Of a stretch of 64,000 nucleotides of DNA, positions 41,353 through 55,100 are shown piece by piece (position 1 is the stretch's first letter; every line of letters begins with the position of its first letter). This DNA is from Tubulanus polymorphus (lineage: Eukaryota; Animalia; Nemertea). The DNA is taken from contig NC_134025.1 in assembly GCF_964204645.1 (NCBI RefSeq), positions 16,777,101-16,841,100 on the forward strand, in the 5' to 3' direction. Below the pieces are notes generated by a model. The model had not been told where the DNA came from. It did no database searches and saw only the letters and a program-made list of their open reading frames with translations. Made by a program: the position numbers and the translations under genes.

Positions 41353-44300
41353 GGCAACAGATTTTGGGTGATGTGCCTGCAGGTGACTGACACCTAACCC
41401 AGATGGCTGGTATAATGGTATCACCTGAACTGGAACCACTCCCCCATACCTATGAATCAGAAATTGAAACTGAGATAGCCACACCACCAACAATGGCCGG
41501 GGAGGGTTCACCTCTCTCTACAACCAGCGGAGGGCGCTCAGGTGTTTACACCGTGGGCGATGTAATCGTTCATGACTCAGGACTTTATTGTACTGGCCAA
41601 ATAAATAGCCAAGATGAGGTCTGTATCCTTCTCGATACGGGCGCTGCAGTCACTGTCCTAAAGACCTCAGTCTGGGCAGCGTGTAACCCAACAAAGTCGG
41701 TAAGCGAGCTGCAAAAAGCCGAGGGATGCCTAAGTACAGCTAATGGACAGGATCTTCACCTCAGAAGGATAGAGATAGTGCGGCTTACATTAGGGGGTCG
41801 TGACTTTGATATCTCCATGGTTATTGTAGATGATATTACTCAAGATTGTCTACTTGGTAGTGATTTCTTTGAGTCCTTCAACTGCAAGATTGATTTTGAA
41901 TTAAAGGAGCTTACTTTTGGCACGGTTAGCATTCCACTTTGAAATCAAGAGAGTAAGGCCAGATGCTGCAGGATTTTCGCCAGTAAGACCTTGTGTATCC
42001 CGGCGGGAACAGAGATAGTCACTAGTGGTATAATGCGACGTAAATTTGTGGGTAATAACTCGACTTCAGGTACCATTGAGAACTTAAAGTCATCAGGTCT
42101 GATGGCTGCCAAAGTTGTAGCAACCCCATCGAAGAGTCACACACCGGTGCGACTAGCAAATTTCACCGATTCACCACAGTGGATAAAAAGGGGCCAACCC
42201 ATCGCCTGGTTTAGTCCAATTGAGTCCCTGACCTTGTCCCGGATTAATGAGGGCGATAAGAGTGACCATGACCGTTTAGTCTCACAGGGACCGATCCCTG
42301 AAGAAAAGGTCCAGTCCGTGCTAGATGACTTGCAGATTGCGGATATGGGGATTCCGGAGGAGACCAAAAAGGAATTGACCAGAGTAATTCGGAGCAACAT
42401 TGATGTGTTCTCAACAGGTGATTTCGATCTGGGGCGCACCAGCCTATTAGAACACGAAATTGACACCCAGGATACTCGTCCGATTAGGCAAAACCCTCGT
42501 CGAATACCACCTCATCAACAGAAATTTGTGTCGGACACGACTGATCAACTTCTAGAACAGGGTTTGATACGTGAGTCACATGGAGCTTGGTCAAGCCTGA
42601 TAGTTCTCGCAAAGAAAGCAGATGGCTCATTTAGATTCTGTGTGGACTACCGTAAACTTAATGAGGCCACGGTCAAAGACGCCCATCCATTACCGAGGGT
42701 TGACTCGACGCTTGAGACTCTTGCGGGATCAACGTGGTTTTCATCACTCGATCTTGCAAGTGGATACTGGCAGATGCCCGTGAGTGAGGCAGATAAAGCG
42801 AAAACAGCCTTCGCTACAGAAAGGGGCTTATTCGAATGGAACGTCATGCCATTCGGGCTAACCAATGCACCTGCCTCGTTTTCACGGCTGATGGCTCTGG
42901 TTTTGGATCCCGTAGCATGGAAAACATGTTTAGTGTATCTGGACGATGTTATTGTTTTCAGCCCTGACTTGGGAAGTCATCTTAATCGACTTGTCGAAGT
43001 TTTTGCCTGTTTCCGAGCAGCTAACTTGAAGCTGAAACCCAAGAAGTGCCACTTGTTTCGGAGGATGCTGAAATTCCTAGGTCATATAGTTAGCGGGGCT
43101 GGAATCCAGACCGATCCGGAGAAAGTACAGCGAGTGGTTGATTGGCCGGCCCCCTCCAACTTAACTGAACTTAGGAGTTTCATTGGCCTCGTTGCATATT
43201 ACTCTCGCTTCATTGAAGATTATGCATCGATTGCTCACCCGCTCTACATTCTTACCAAGAAAGGAACGCCGTTTCATTGGGGAGAGGCACAGGAGTCTGC
43301 ATTTCAGCGATTGAAAATGGCCCTTGCAAAACCACCAATTCTCAGATTCCCTGATTTCAGTACGTCGACAAAAACCTTCATTCTCGACACTGATGCCAGC
43401 AACTGGGCTATCGGCGGTGTCCTTTCACAAGAGGATAGCCAGGGGGTTGAGAGAGTTATTGCCTACAGTGGACGAACATTGAAAGGAGGTGAAGAAAATT
43501 ACTGCACGACACGTCGAGAGATGCTTGCTTTAGTAGACATGATCCATCATTTCAGACATTATCTGCTCGGCAAAAGGTTCCTGGTAAGGACGGACCACGA
43601 GGCCCTCAAGTGGTTAAGAAATTTTAAGGAGCAGGAGGGTCAGATTGCGCGCTGGAACGAGCGCCTTGAAGAGTACCAGTTCGATATTCAGCATCGGCTC
43701 GGAAGGCAACATGGGAATGCAGATGCCATGTCTCGTTTCCCAAAAAAGGTCAGACGTCATGGCAATTGCCCCAGTTGTGGACCGACTGAATCGAAACCGA
43801 TACGACGAATACAGGAACTGACAGGAACTGTTAAGCATGATTTGAACATGCGAGAAATTGAGAGTGCACAGAAAGCAGACCCACAAATCCGTACAATGGT
43901 GCTGAGTAATCAGCCAAAACCTACTACAAATGAGATGCGACAGTTCGGTCGTATAAGTAGGAGTCTGTTGGCTATTTATGAGCGGTTGTTAGTTGTGGAC
44001 AATGTGCTGTGTGTTACACCCATAACAGGGACTCGGTACACCAGGAACCGGATTGTACTTCCGAGTAAGTTAAATGAGACCGTCCTGAGGGAGTTACACG
44101 ATGGTTTTGCAGGGGAACACCTAGGTGAAAAGAAACTGACCAGAAAGTCAAAGAACGTTTTTGGTGCCCCGGCCTGAAAGGTATGGTGCGGAGATATGTC
44201 CAGAGCTGTAAGGCCTGCCAAACCAGCAAAAACCCACCTAGAAAGGCCAGGGCCCCACTCATCTCGACACCTATTGGCCGTGCAAACCAGCGTCTGCATA

Positions 44301-45473
44301 TCGACGTGATAGGGCCGATAAACCCTAGGACACGAAGAGGCAACCAGTATATACTAGTTGTGCAGGACGCTTTCACTAAGTGACCGGAAGCCTGGCCGAT
44401 GCGGAACCAGAAAGTGAAAACAGTGGCACGGTTACTCATCAATGAGTGGATCTGCAGATATGGTTGCCCGGAGAGCCTCCATTCAGATAAGGGCTCCAAT
44501 TTTACGTCGAGGGTGTTCAAGGAGATCAATCAGCTACTCGGCATCCATCGAACTTTAACCACCGCTTTCCACCCTCAAGGGAACGGACAAGTTGAAAATT
44601 TCAACAAATCGATCAAAGCGATGCTGACGGTGACAGTTGACGAGAATGGGAAAGACTGGGATGACCATCTCCCGGGATGCTTAATGGCATTCCGATCGAG
44701 TGTTCAGTCATCAACACAGGAGACCCCACCCTTTTTGACATTTGGACGTGAAATGAGCCTCCCGATTGATCTGATGGTGGGTAGCCCAGAGCTGGATCAG
44801 TCCACAACAGAATACGTCCGGTGTGTCGGGGCCCGACTTGAATCTGCCTATGATGGAGTCAGGGAGAGATTAACCGTTGCCCAACGGCGCCAGCGACAGT
44901 ATTATGACAGATTCACATCACGTGGTGGCTATCAAGTGGGTGACAGAGTCTGGCTATACAGTCACTATGTCAAGCCCGGGGAAGCCCCGAAATTCCATAA
45001 GAAATTATGGCCCGTTTGTAGTCACACAGCGCCTGACTGAGGTAAATTATCGCGTGGAGACTCTGTCAGGAAAGACCAAGACCAAAGTTGTCCACTTCAA
45101 CGACATGAAACCAGCCATAGTTAGGTTTGATGGTGGTGAAAACCCCCAGGTTCCCCGGAACAAACCTCCCTCCACTAGGCACGGCACCATGAAGCATGAC
45201 CCGGTCGCACGAGGACATAGTCCTTCAAGCTCGGAGGAGGAGGAGGAGGAAGAGGACCAGCTGATTCCGGTGGAACCGCACCCTCAGAATGGAAGGATTC
45301 GAGCCGAAACACCTGCTCGAGCTGAGCCACCGACTTCCGCTGGCTCAGAACAAGGTGAATCCGACGGAGAATCGGTAGATGAGGGACAACCTGCCAGGAG
45401 ACGGCTCCGACCGCGAGCTGCAATAAAGGCTCCTCCATGGCAGAAGGAGTTTGTGTTCAGTGGCTCCCAGTAA
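41235..45473 (+). pseudogene. pol: Gypsy Pol (PR-RT-RH-IN), -1 frame relative to gag, with stops and frameshifts
   Basis: LLDTGA, FCVDYRKLN, YLDD, LDTDAS, TDHEAL, HIDVIGP, HSDKG, GPF motif; TGA at 41388, 41940, 44381; frameshifts ~44140 and ~45005; slippery G GGA AAC at 41235. Confidence 0.93.
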
Positions 45474-45875
45474 CCAAGATGTCTGGATGGAAACTTGGGA
45501 CCGGATCCCGAAACAAAAGGGTAGAGAGATCTCAAGGGCCCTGAAAATGAATCGGTCGCCAGTCAAGTAGGCAAACAATGCTAACTCTAAGTGGTTTAGT
45601 AATGTTGGCTTGGGTTTGGGATTTCCCCTGTGCGGAAAGTTTGCTCAACTGGTTTCTCGAGTACCCTCAAATGGTTGTCGAGGTGCCGCATAGTTCAACT
45701 GTGATAGTTGGCACTTGCCCACTAGGGAAACTGATCACATACTTGAAGACTGGTGGATCAAATTTGGATATAGCCAAATGTATATACTCAAGATGTTTTT
45801 AGTCGATAGCCCACACATTTTATTAAACGAATTATTTGTTGTTTCTTCATAATAGTGAACCCTTGAGAAAGCAAA

Positions 45876-46691
45876 ATGGAAGCTGTCGAATTAGACCGAG
45901 TAAAATGTAGTTCTGCTGTAATCGGGAAGAAGCGAGCATTCAGTCGAGCCGTATGTGATTTTCTGCGACGCCCTGACACCGCACCACCACCAGACAGTCA
46001 TGAGTTAGTGGAAGCCGCAGAAGATGAACTTTTGAATCCTGCTTCATTGGTAACAGGAGCCGTGGTGATGGGTATTAAGACTGCCCTATCTAGGTCCCTG
46101 CCAAGGCTTACGCGGCCCAGATTCGACATGGCCACAATGTTAAAATCCTTGGTACACAAAGTCGGTGGTGATCCTGAGGACTTAAACGGGAAACTACAAA
46201 AGATTGAGTCTCGAGCAATCCGAACACGTCCGCCCGTGCTACTGCTGTCGGACTCCATGTTTAAGAATCTGAGAGCCGACTCCCTAGTGACTCCGATCAG
46301 CCATCCAGGGGAGCGAGTCAGCGGTCTACTGGACTATCTCAAGGGAGTCCAGGTGAACTGTTCAGCCGTCGTATTCAACCACGGTATGAACCACACGCGT
46401 GAGTTTGGGAGACACACTACTATGGATCTCCAGGAGCTCCGTAGTCTGTTGCGGAAGAGGTACCCCAAAGCTCCGCTGTATCACCTGGAAGTCCCTGTCC
46501 CTCCCTGCCTCGAAGGGAACGCAGGTGCTGTGCGGCGCATCGCCCGAATAAACCGCAAAGCGAAAGAGGTTGGCTTCATTGAGATACCACACCCGGAGCT
46601 GAAACCTACCAATTTTAATGGTATCCATTATAAGGGTCAGGTTCCGGAGTGGATCATGAGGCACATCCTGTGCTATATAACCCGCGGTTGA
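45876..46691 (+). CDS. Gypsy ORF3: SGNH/GDSL hydrolase-like protein
   Basis: Intact 271 aa; VLLLSDSM (block I), SHPG (II), VVFNHGMN (III), FNGIHY (V). Confidence 0.75.
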   Translation: MEAVELDRVKCSSAVIGKKRAFSRAVCDFLRRPDTAPPPDSHELVEAAEDELLNPASLVTGAVVMGIKTALSRSLPRLTRPRFDMATMLKSLVHKVGGDPEDLNGKLQKIESRAIRTRPPVLLLSDSMFKNLRADSLVTPISHPGERVSGLLDYLKGVQVNCSAVVFNHGMNHTREFGRHTTMDLQELRSLLRKRYPKAPLYHLEVPVPPCLEGNAGAVRRIARINRKAKEVGFIEIPHPELKPTNFNGIHYKGQVPEWIMRHILCYITRG

Positions 46692-49600
46692 TCCTGAATC
46701 ATGGTTCGGGAGTAGTACCTATCAATGGTTCACTACCCTCCCCACCCACTGCAAAGCGACATAACAACTAAAAGTTGTTGTTTACTCAAATCAACAGAGT
46801 ACTCTCCGTTTCTATCTTTTCTTGTTTTTCAGGTCATATGTATGCAACCTAGATGCCACACTAGCAACGAAACTGGACCTGGATACCACACTGGCTGTCA
46901 ACTACCACATAGACGTCCCACTGGCTGTCATACTCGCGTGTGAATGGTTTTGCGGTCCATCCTACTGGTTCGGATATTTTTGCAGATACACCCGCGGTTA
47001 AACAGCTGTGTTGACGTTGAAATGGTGGCCTGTTGTTCCTTGGGCGTTATGAGACAGGAAACCTACCAATGGTTGTTCTTGTCTGTAGCGTTCCATTCTC
47101 CTTTAATCTCAATGGGCTATGTATATATGTGAATAGACTATAATTGTTTGTTGTCGGATACAACCGACAAAATTTAGTGGGGGGTGGTGTGATGGACCGG
47201 TAAAGTCCGGTATCCGGCTTTTACCGAGTCCAAATCCGTATTCTAGTGACCCCGTATTGTGTGGGGATTCTTTTGTTCTCTTTTGGCGTGGAAATAAAAG
47301 AAAGAAGACGTGGTCTTTGATTAATTTAGAGGTTCTGTGGAAACGATTATTCCCCCTTTCTTGATTGAGCCAACGAAAGAGGAGATTTTACATTAGCCAC
47401 TATTCTTTTATTCCCTACTTAAATGCACCTTTTTCTATTTTTAGATTCAGGCTTAGAATGTGCAAATTTTTTGAGATACTGAGAAATCAGCTGGCACCAG
47501 TAAACTTCAACTGCAGATTTGCATCAGGATAGCTGAACGACACAATTTTTAAAAATAAAATGGCTATTCGAATGCTATTTCAATAATAACTTGATTCAAC
47601 CAGAGAGAAATAAGTCAATTGCGGATGTACAGTACACCCACTTTTCTTCCCTGTTTCCTGGTACCAAATTTTTAGTCTTAAGCTAAGCGATATTCTAAGG
47701 TATGCCAGTGGATTTCATTAGAATATGAAGCAATGGAACCAGAATTCTAGCCCGAGTTAAGCGAACTATTGATTCTGATATAATGTAAGAACTGGCCTTC
47801 ATCTACACTAAAGCCAAGCCTGTGTATGGGAAAATGTCGTTCGACTCCTATAGGCCAGACAAATCAAAGCATGCAATACATTGCAGATAGTAGTCTCCGG
47901 CAAGTTGAAAGAGAAAGTAAACCAGGTTTTTCCCCGTACCCTACCCGGGAACAAAGACACTTAAAGACTCCTTCCTCCTTTGTAGAAATATGGCACCCAA
48001 TCGTAGCAATGCTAAGTTCATTATACTATGACGGTTGAACCTTTATTAACGTATTTCAATGACACCGAAAATAGAATCAAAATAATCATTAGTTCCATGC
48101 TAGCACTTAATTTGGGTTATCAGGTTCAGCCTAACTGTACTTTCATTCGATTCAGCTACTACTTGTATGAGACTTGGCAATGATAAGTTGCAAGAAATCA
48201 CCAAACATAAGAAAAAATATTGTGAATTAATATTACTGTAATTAAGAATTTATTCAAATGAAGTGATAACTTCATTGTTAGATCGTACCGGTATATGCAC
48301 ATAAAACTAAGGCAAAAAACACATCTAACAATCCACGAAAATCCGCAATCGATCAAGTCGAACATGACAACGACATGTCTCTGTAACCAAAGGTAGAGCA
48401 TAAAACACGGTTCAGGACTCTTCAGCGGACACCGGCCCGGAAAACATTTCACAACGTGTATTGTCGGTACCTAGCACGATTTCAGCGTTTTTCAGGAATT
48501 CCCTGAAATTTCGGCTTTTTCGGAAATTCCCTGAAATTTCAGCGTTTTTATTTCAGCGTTTCAGCTTTTCAGTGTTTCAGCTTTTTCAGCAAAGTTCAGG
48601 AACCGCATGATAGGATGGAAACTCTCTGATTTTGTTGTACAAGTGTCGATGAAAAGCATCCGACTACTTACCATGAATTAACAGGTTGTAAAATACAAGC
48701 TTAAGTTTCATATCTCTTGCCGCGTTGTCTTTGACCATTCCTCCCCTAAGAAACTTTGCCTTACAGGCTCACATTACTTTCAAAATGCTGAACATTACCA
48801 ATTTAACACTGTGATGAGGCTTTCAAAGTTAGAATTTTAACACAGTGAAAACCAGTATGGAACAGCTGGCTGGCTAGCTAAGTGCCAATTTACATTGAAA
48901 ATTATACGCTGAAACATCACCGTTTCATCTGATTATGTATAAGTTTTCAATTCAACGCACCTCATTAATATGCACATAAACATAATACAGATTACGGAGC
49001 CTAACTTTTTCCAAGAAAAGCCGATACAGCGCTGTAATCTGTATAAAGATCAATTTTAAACACACTGCAGAAGTCAGGTACGCGGTGCCGAATTTAGGGA
49101 ATACAGTGCCGAATTCAGGTCAAAATTTTTTTTTAAATCGCCCGATTTTGTTGAATCCTCATAACTTTTTAAAAGCTTGACCCGGAGTAACAATATTTAG
49201 GCATTAAACTTATGTTACGGTCTCTAAATGATATGGTCATCCAGTAAGTGATTATCTATCATGAATTGCATATAATTCAGATAGAAAATTGCCGTAAAAA
49301 TTTACTGTGCCGAAATCAGGTCACCCTCCCCTATATATCTAGGAAAAATATCTATTGTGTATCTCGGGTGATTATAACAGCAAATTTTGATACAGAGAAA
49401 AAAATAATAATTTGCCACAGGCAAAGTGGTTTACCTTTCTACTATCTAGAAGAACATACAATTATACATGTATTCATTTTGATTTTCACTTGCGTGGCTG
49501 TTAGTTTTGGTTTAAATATGACCAGAAAACTATAAGGGCTCTAGGAAGCACGACACAAAATTTGATATTGGCTGTGTTTTAGCAATTCTTTGTATTTAGC

Positions 49601-52175
49601 ATTAAGTGCGATTAATTTCATAACTGGAAGGTGGTTTTATAACTGGTAAGGGAGGAGTTGTAGTGTTTGCTCTGTGAAGGTTATGTTCGGTAGCTAGCAA
49701 ACCGCAAGTGTGTCTGTACAATATGGCCGATAAATAAAGGTGTTATATTTTATTTCCTGATTCAATCCGTTGTCATCCTCTGGACTTGGCCCACTCATCC
49801 ACCACAGATACACCTAGGTTTTACTGCTTTTTAGCCCGATGAAAGTAGTAAATTCAGCATTAAAACTTATATATCTCCCAGAATTTCTATCCGATTAAAA
49901 CCAAACTTGCTCAGTATGTCGTCGGTAAAAAGAGTATTGAGATTCTAGAAGTATTTATGCAAATATGTAAATTAGGCTAATTTGCATACCTCCTAACTAA
50001 TTAATACACACTACAATTATACCATTAATACACTATAGGCCTATGAGTTTCTTTTTCAAGATAAATGTTACTGGAATACATCAAACATCAAATATTTTGA
50101 GGTAAATACAATGAAGACATCGAACATCTAGGTTATACCAGTTACCGTGGTAACCATAAGGTGAGTATTGAGGAGGCCATCTTGAATCTAACTAACTTCC
50201 ACTTAATTATAAATAACTCATTCGATATGGCCTTTTAGGCCTATATTTTTTGCAATAATTCCTCTTCTAGAATAGGCCTATCTCAATATTCCTAAGATCA
50301 TATTCCTGCATTTTGAGATGCTCAGATACTAATAATAGTCATTATATTTTCAGACCCTCACTCGCTGCAGAAGAATCAGACAAGCATTTGAAGAGATTTA
50401 TCAAGTTCAGAAAAAATGAATGTATTAAAATGAATGTGTAAAACCCTTGTTATTCTTTCAGAGATCCCTTAAAAGAGAACTGGAAAAAATATCTATATCA
50501 TGATATCTCAGATTGTGGTTCGCAAGAAGGCGGCCATCTTGGTTTATGTTGATATTTCATTGGAAGTGATTAATTTCAACAAAGTATGCCAAAAATTGAT
50601 CCCAGAAGATAAGATGTACAATCGTGAACATTAGGACATACGTATTCGCATCGATCATTTCACAACGTAGCCGATCAGTGAAAATAATCCTAACCAAAAA
50701 TGTTTCAGTCATCAGTATGACCACCCATGAAACATTAACACCTCATAGTCATTTAAGCTATATTGGTTTGCCTGATGGAGGGATACTGATGGAGGTTTCA
50801 GGAGTCGAAAGTCTTTTTTACTAAAACTCGAATTTTTACTAGAACTCGAAAGGCCTTAGTTGTAAAGTTTTTCTGATTTTGAGTAATACATTCAACAACA
50901 TCAAGGGGATAGACCTAGGTAGGCCTATAAGAGGTTAGATTTAGGTGACCAACCTCATTTAGCTCAAAAAACCATTGATTGGGTGTTTTAGGCCTACTGC
51001 ACTACTGGCGGCAGTTACATTGCAGTGGTAGGCCTAGGAGGCCTCGAGTCAAAAAAGGAAAGACAAATAAGTAAAAATTCATTTCAGGAGCTATCCTAGC
51101 TTTTCCTTTAATTGTGAAGATGAATATTTCAACTATTTAGGCAAAGGAGATTGGGAAAAGTAAGCTTTTGGTTGGGAAAAATTTTGAGCAAAACAAGGCC
51201 TGGACTCTTGTGGAAAATACTAAAAAATTTGCCATTCGATAACCATTATTTTGCTTATACTTGGCCGATTTCTTAATAAAGTATGAATTTATTGAGTAAC
51301 ATTGTCGTTTTAGTTGCTAAATTGCCATTTAGACAGTAGCAACTAGGAGTCCAGGGACACCATGCCCACTTGGGAAGTGGTTTCAAATGCTCAACAATCT
51401 AACAATTTCAATATTCAACGCCCCTGGACCCATAAACAAAAACCAATGACCTTGAAACCCACCAACAATCATAGATCATTTCAGCAGCTACGATTTTGTA
51501 ATTGATTGTGATAACAAAATATGCCACGTTACCAATCTAATATGGAAATACTAAGTTGCGTTACCATTCAACACCCCCTGGTGACCATATGCAAATCCCA
51601 ATGACCTTGAAACTCTCCACAATCATAGAACATGTCATGAATTACAACTTTGCAATTGATCATGGTAACAAAATATGCCTAGGTACCAATCTAATAAGGA
51701 AATTCTAAGTTATTCTACTATTCAATGCCCCCTGGTGACCATATAGAATAACTAATGTCCTTAAAACTCACCACAATCATATATGATGTCATGAGCTACA
51801 ACTTTGCAATTGATTGTGGTTACAAAATATTTATAGGTACAAATATAATATAGAAATACTAAGTTATTGTATTATTCAACGCCCCCTGGTGGCCATATAC
51901 AAAAACCAATGACCTGAAAACTCACCAAAATCATAGAACATGTTATGGGCTACAACTTTCCAATCGATGGTAGAAATACAATATGCTTAGGTATCAATAT
52001 AATGTCGAAAAACTTTTTCCCACCTACGAATCAGTACTGATGACACCAACAGACCTGCCAACCTTGTGTCTGACTAAATCAGAACAATTTAGTAATAGGA
52101 AGATGTGGGTTTCAGATCAGAGTACTAGAGTACTAGACACCACTCATCATCACAAGTAATTTTTTTTCCTAATAA

Positions 52176-55100
52176 ATGGGAGAGAGTGAGTACCAGACAG
52201 AAAACAATAATGTTAATAAAAATCAATATTATTGCCCATATTGTAAAAAATACATCGATAAATCTAATAAATCTAAACATGAAAAATCTTCAAATCATAT
52301 AAAAAATGTAATAGATTTTGAAACTCCAGAAAATTCCAATGAAAGAAAAGAAAGATTAGAAAATATGAATGTGGATGAAATAAAATGTGAAGTTTGTAAT
52401 GAATTTATAGTAAAAAGGAATTATAATAGACATCTCGAATCACAAAAACACCGCCAAAATTTGAGTAATAATGTTTTAGGAAAAGATTATTTTGATGATA
52501 AACCTCAACAAGTAAAAAAATCAACTTCAAAAACTAAATCCATTTCAAATAAACCCTACATGGAAAATGTTAGAAATTATATTGATTCACTAGAAATAAA
52601 AGATACAATTGAAATTTTAGAAACATTACGTAGTAAAATTGGTCCTGCAGCTATTATATTTAGATTTTTTAAAGGAACAACAATAGAAGATTATATTAAA
52701 TTTAATGAAATAATAGAAAAAATACTAGATTTGATAACAGATGTTGAATATCCAAAAATTAGTATCTCTGGGAAAGTAAGTTTTATTAAGTCAGAAGAAA
52801 AAATGAATTATAATATTCAAACACACTCTGATGAAATAATTTCAAAAACACAAATAAAAGAGAAGTTAGAAAAAATATTTAATGAATTTAAACGTCATAT
52901 TGAAGAAAGATATTTTGAGGGTTCTGGCTTAACATTGAATGAAATTATATATTTAGATTTAAATGTTTACAATACAAAACTATAAAAATGATACCCAAAA
53001 TAGAAAAAATTAATAATTTAAAAATAAATGTATTCGAATTAATGCAATTACCAAAGACAAAAGGTGAAAATATTAAAGATTATACATTGGAAGCTTTATA
53101 TTTAACAGAATATTATGATGATGAAAATGCTATAGATTTGTTATATTACAAAAAAGATGAAAATGAACATTATATGTGGTTAAAACGAATTGATTTATTC
53201 TTTAGAACAGAAAGTGATCATCATCGTAAAATTTATGTATGTAGAAAATGTTTATCTAAATTTATGACTGAGAATACATTATTAAAACATAAAGAATTAT
53301 GTGATAATAAAGATTTTTGTAAATTGATAATGCCAACAGAAAAAGATTATAAATTGAAATTTACTAATCATAAATTTAAGAATATTGTTCCATTTGTAAT
53401 TTATGAGGATTTTGAATCGTTGAATAAAGAATTAACTGATCAAGATAGAAAAGAAATATATAACAAAAAACAATTATTAAAATCAATGGATAAAGGAAAT
53501 GAATTAAATAAAGACACAATACAAGACCCACCAATTATAAATACAATTTAAAAAGTTCATCAAAGAGCTGCTGCTTATGGAATTTATATAAAATCAAATT
53601 ATCCTGAATTATATGAAAGTCAATATATTTCTTTTAGAGGTGAAAATGTAGTTAATGATTTTTGTGATAAAATGATTGAATTAGAAAGTGATTTTGCAAA
53701 ATTATTAAACAAAAATAAAAGAATAGTTATGACAAAAGAAGATGAAATTGATTTTAATTATGCAACTCATTGTTGTTATTGTGAAAAACGTTTTTATTCA
53801 TTTGATAAAAAAGTTAGAGATCATGATCATTTGAATTCAAAATATCGTGGAGCTGCTCATGAAGATTGCAATTTACAAGCTAAAAAAGTAAATTTCGTAC
53901 CAATATTATTTCATAATTTATCAGGATATGATACCCATCTATTTATAAAACAATTATCGGGAAAATTGGGCGCAATTAATCAAGAAATAGAAGAATATAA
54001 TGCTATGAATGAAGCAAATGTAAGAAAATATGATTTTAAACTATTAGCTAAAACATCTGAAAATTATATTTCATTTCAATTTGGTTGCATTAGATTTTAA
54101 GATTCTTATAGATTTCTAGCAAGTTCATTAGATAATTTATCAAAAAGTTTAGTTGATAATGATTTTGTTATAACTCGATATTATTATCCAAATGAACAAG
54201 ATTTTAAATTATTGAGATATAAAGGCGCAATTCTTATTCATTTTATAAAACACACAATGATTTTAATGTAACAGAATTATTAAAAGATCAATTTTATGAT
54301 CAATTAAAAGAGGAGTATGTGAAAGACGAAGTGTTTAATAGAACATTAAATATTTGGAACCATTTGAAGATGAAAAATCATGGCGAATTAGTTGATTTAT
54401 ATTTAAAATCAGATGTTATGATATTGGCTGACATATTTGAAAAATTTAGAGAAGTTAATTTGAACCTGGCAATGTGGTTTAAAATGTACAAATGTAGAAT
54501 TAGATTTATTAAAAGAACCAGACATGGTTTTATTATTTGAAAAATCAATTAGAGGTGGAATTAGTGGTGTTATGGGAGATAGGTATTTTAAAGCAAATGA
54601 TGAATATGAATTATTATATATAGACGCCAATAATTTATATGGTTGGGCAATGATGCAACCTCAACCATATAAAAATTTTATATTAACAGAAGTTGAAAGT
54701 GATGATAAAACTAATTGGGAAAGCGCAATTATGAGTTTAGAAGATGAAGCACCAATTGGTTATTTCTTTGTAGTTGATTTAGAATATCCTGAAAATATAA
54801 AGTTTAAAACAAGAAACTTACCTTATTGCCCAGAACATTTAACTATAGATGATAGTTATTTAAGTGAATACCAGAAGAAAATAAAACCGAAAGATCATGT
54901 TTTTACAGAAAAATTAATACTTACTCAAAATAATAAATACAATAATATTGTTCATAATAGAATGTTAAAATTTTATCTAAAACAAGGAATGAAATTAAAG
55001 AAAGTACATAGATATATTGAATTTAATCAATCGAAGTGGTTAGAAAAATATATAGATTTCAATACTCAACAGAGAACAATATCAAAAACAGATTTTGAAA

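Larger units (their letters stand above)
39716..47392 (+). mobile_element. Full-length Gypsy/Ty3 LTR retrotransposon
   Basis: LTRs 39716-39937 and 47188-47392 (TG..CA); TSD ttag; PBS tggtggcagcg (tRNA-Leu-like) at 39940; purine-rich tract before 47188. Confidence 0.97.
38772..48605. mobile_element. Mutator-like long-TIR non-autonomous element hosting the Gypsy
   Basis: ~225-bp TIRs (cggttcctgaact.. / ..agttcaggaaccg) with internal gctgaaa repeats; 9-bp TSD catgatagg. Confidence 0.85.
31961..49331 (+). mobile_element. pogo/Fot1-like DNA transposon expanded to 17.4 kb by nested insertions
   Basis: TA|ggggagggtgacctaaattcggca ... tgccgaaatcaggtcaccctcccc|TA; encloses HTH-psq and DDE exons. Confidence 0.88.

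Noticed and set aside
40710-46664. Minus-strand ORFs within the Gypsy
   Set aside because: Antisense shadows of gag, pol and ORF3 with no recognisable motifs
45876-46691. ORF3 as a retroviral env
   Set aside because: No signal peptide or TM anchor; SGNH motifs instead
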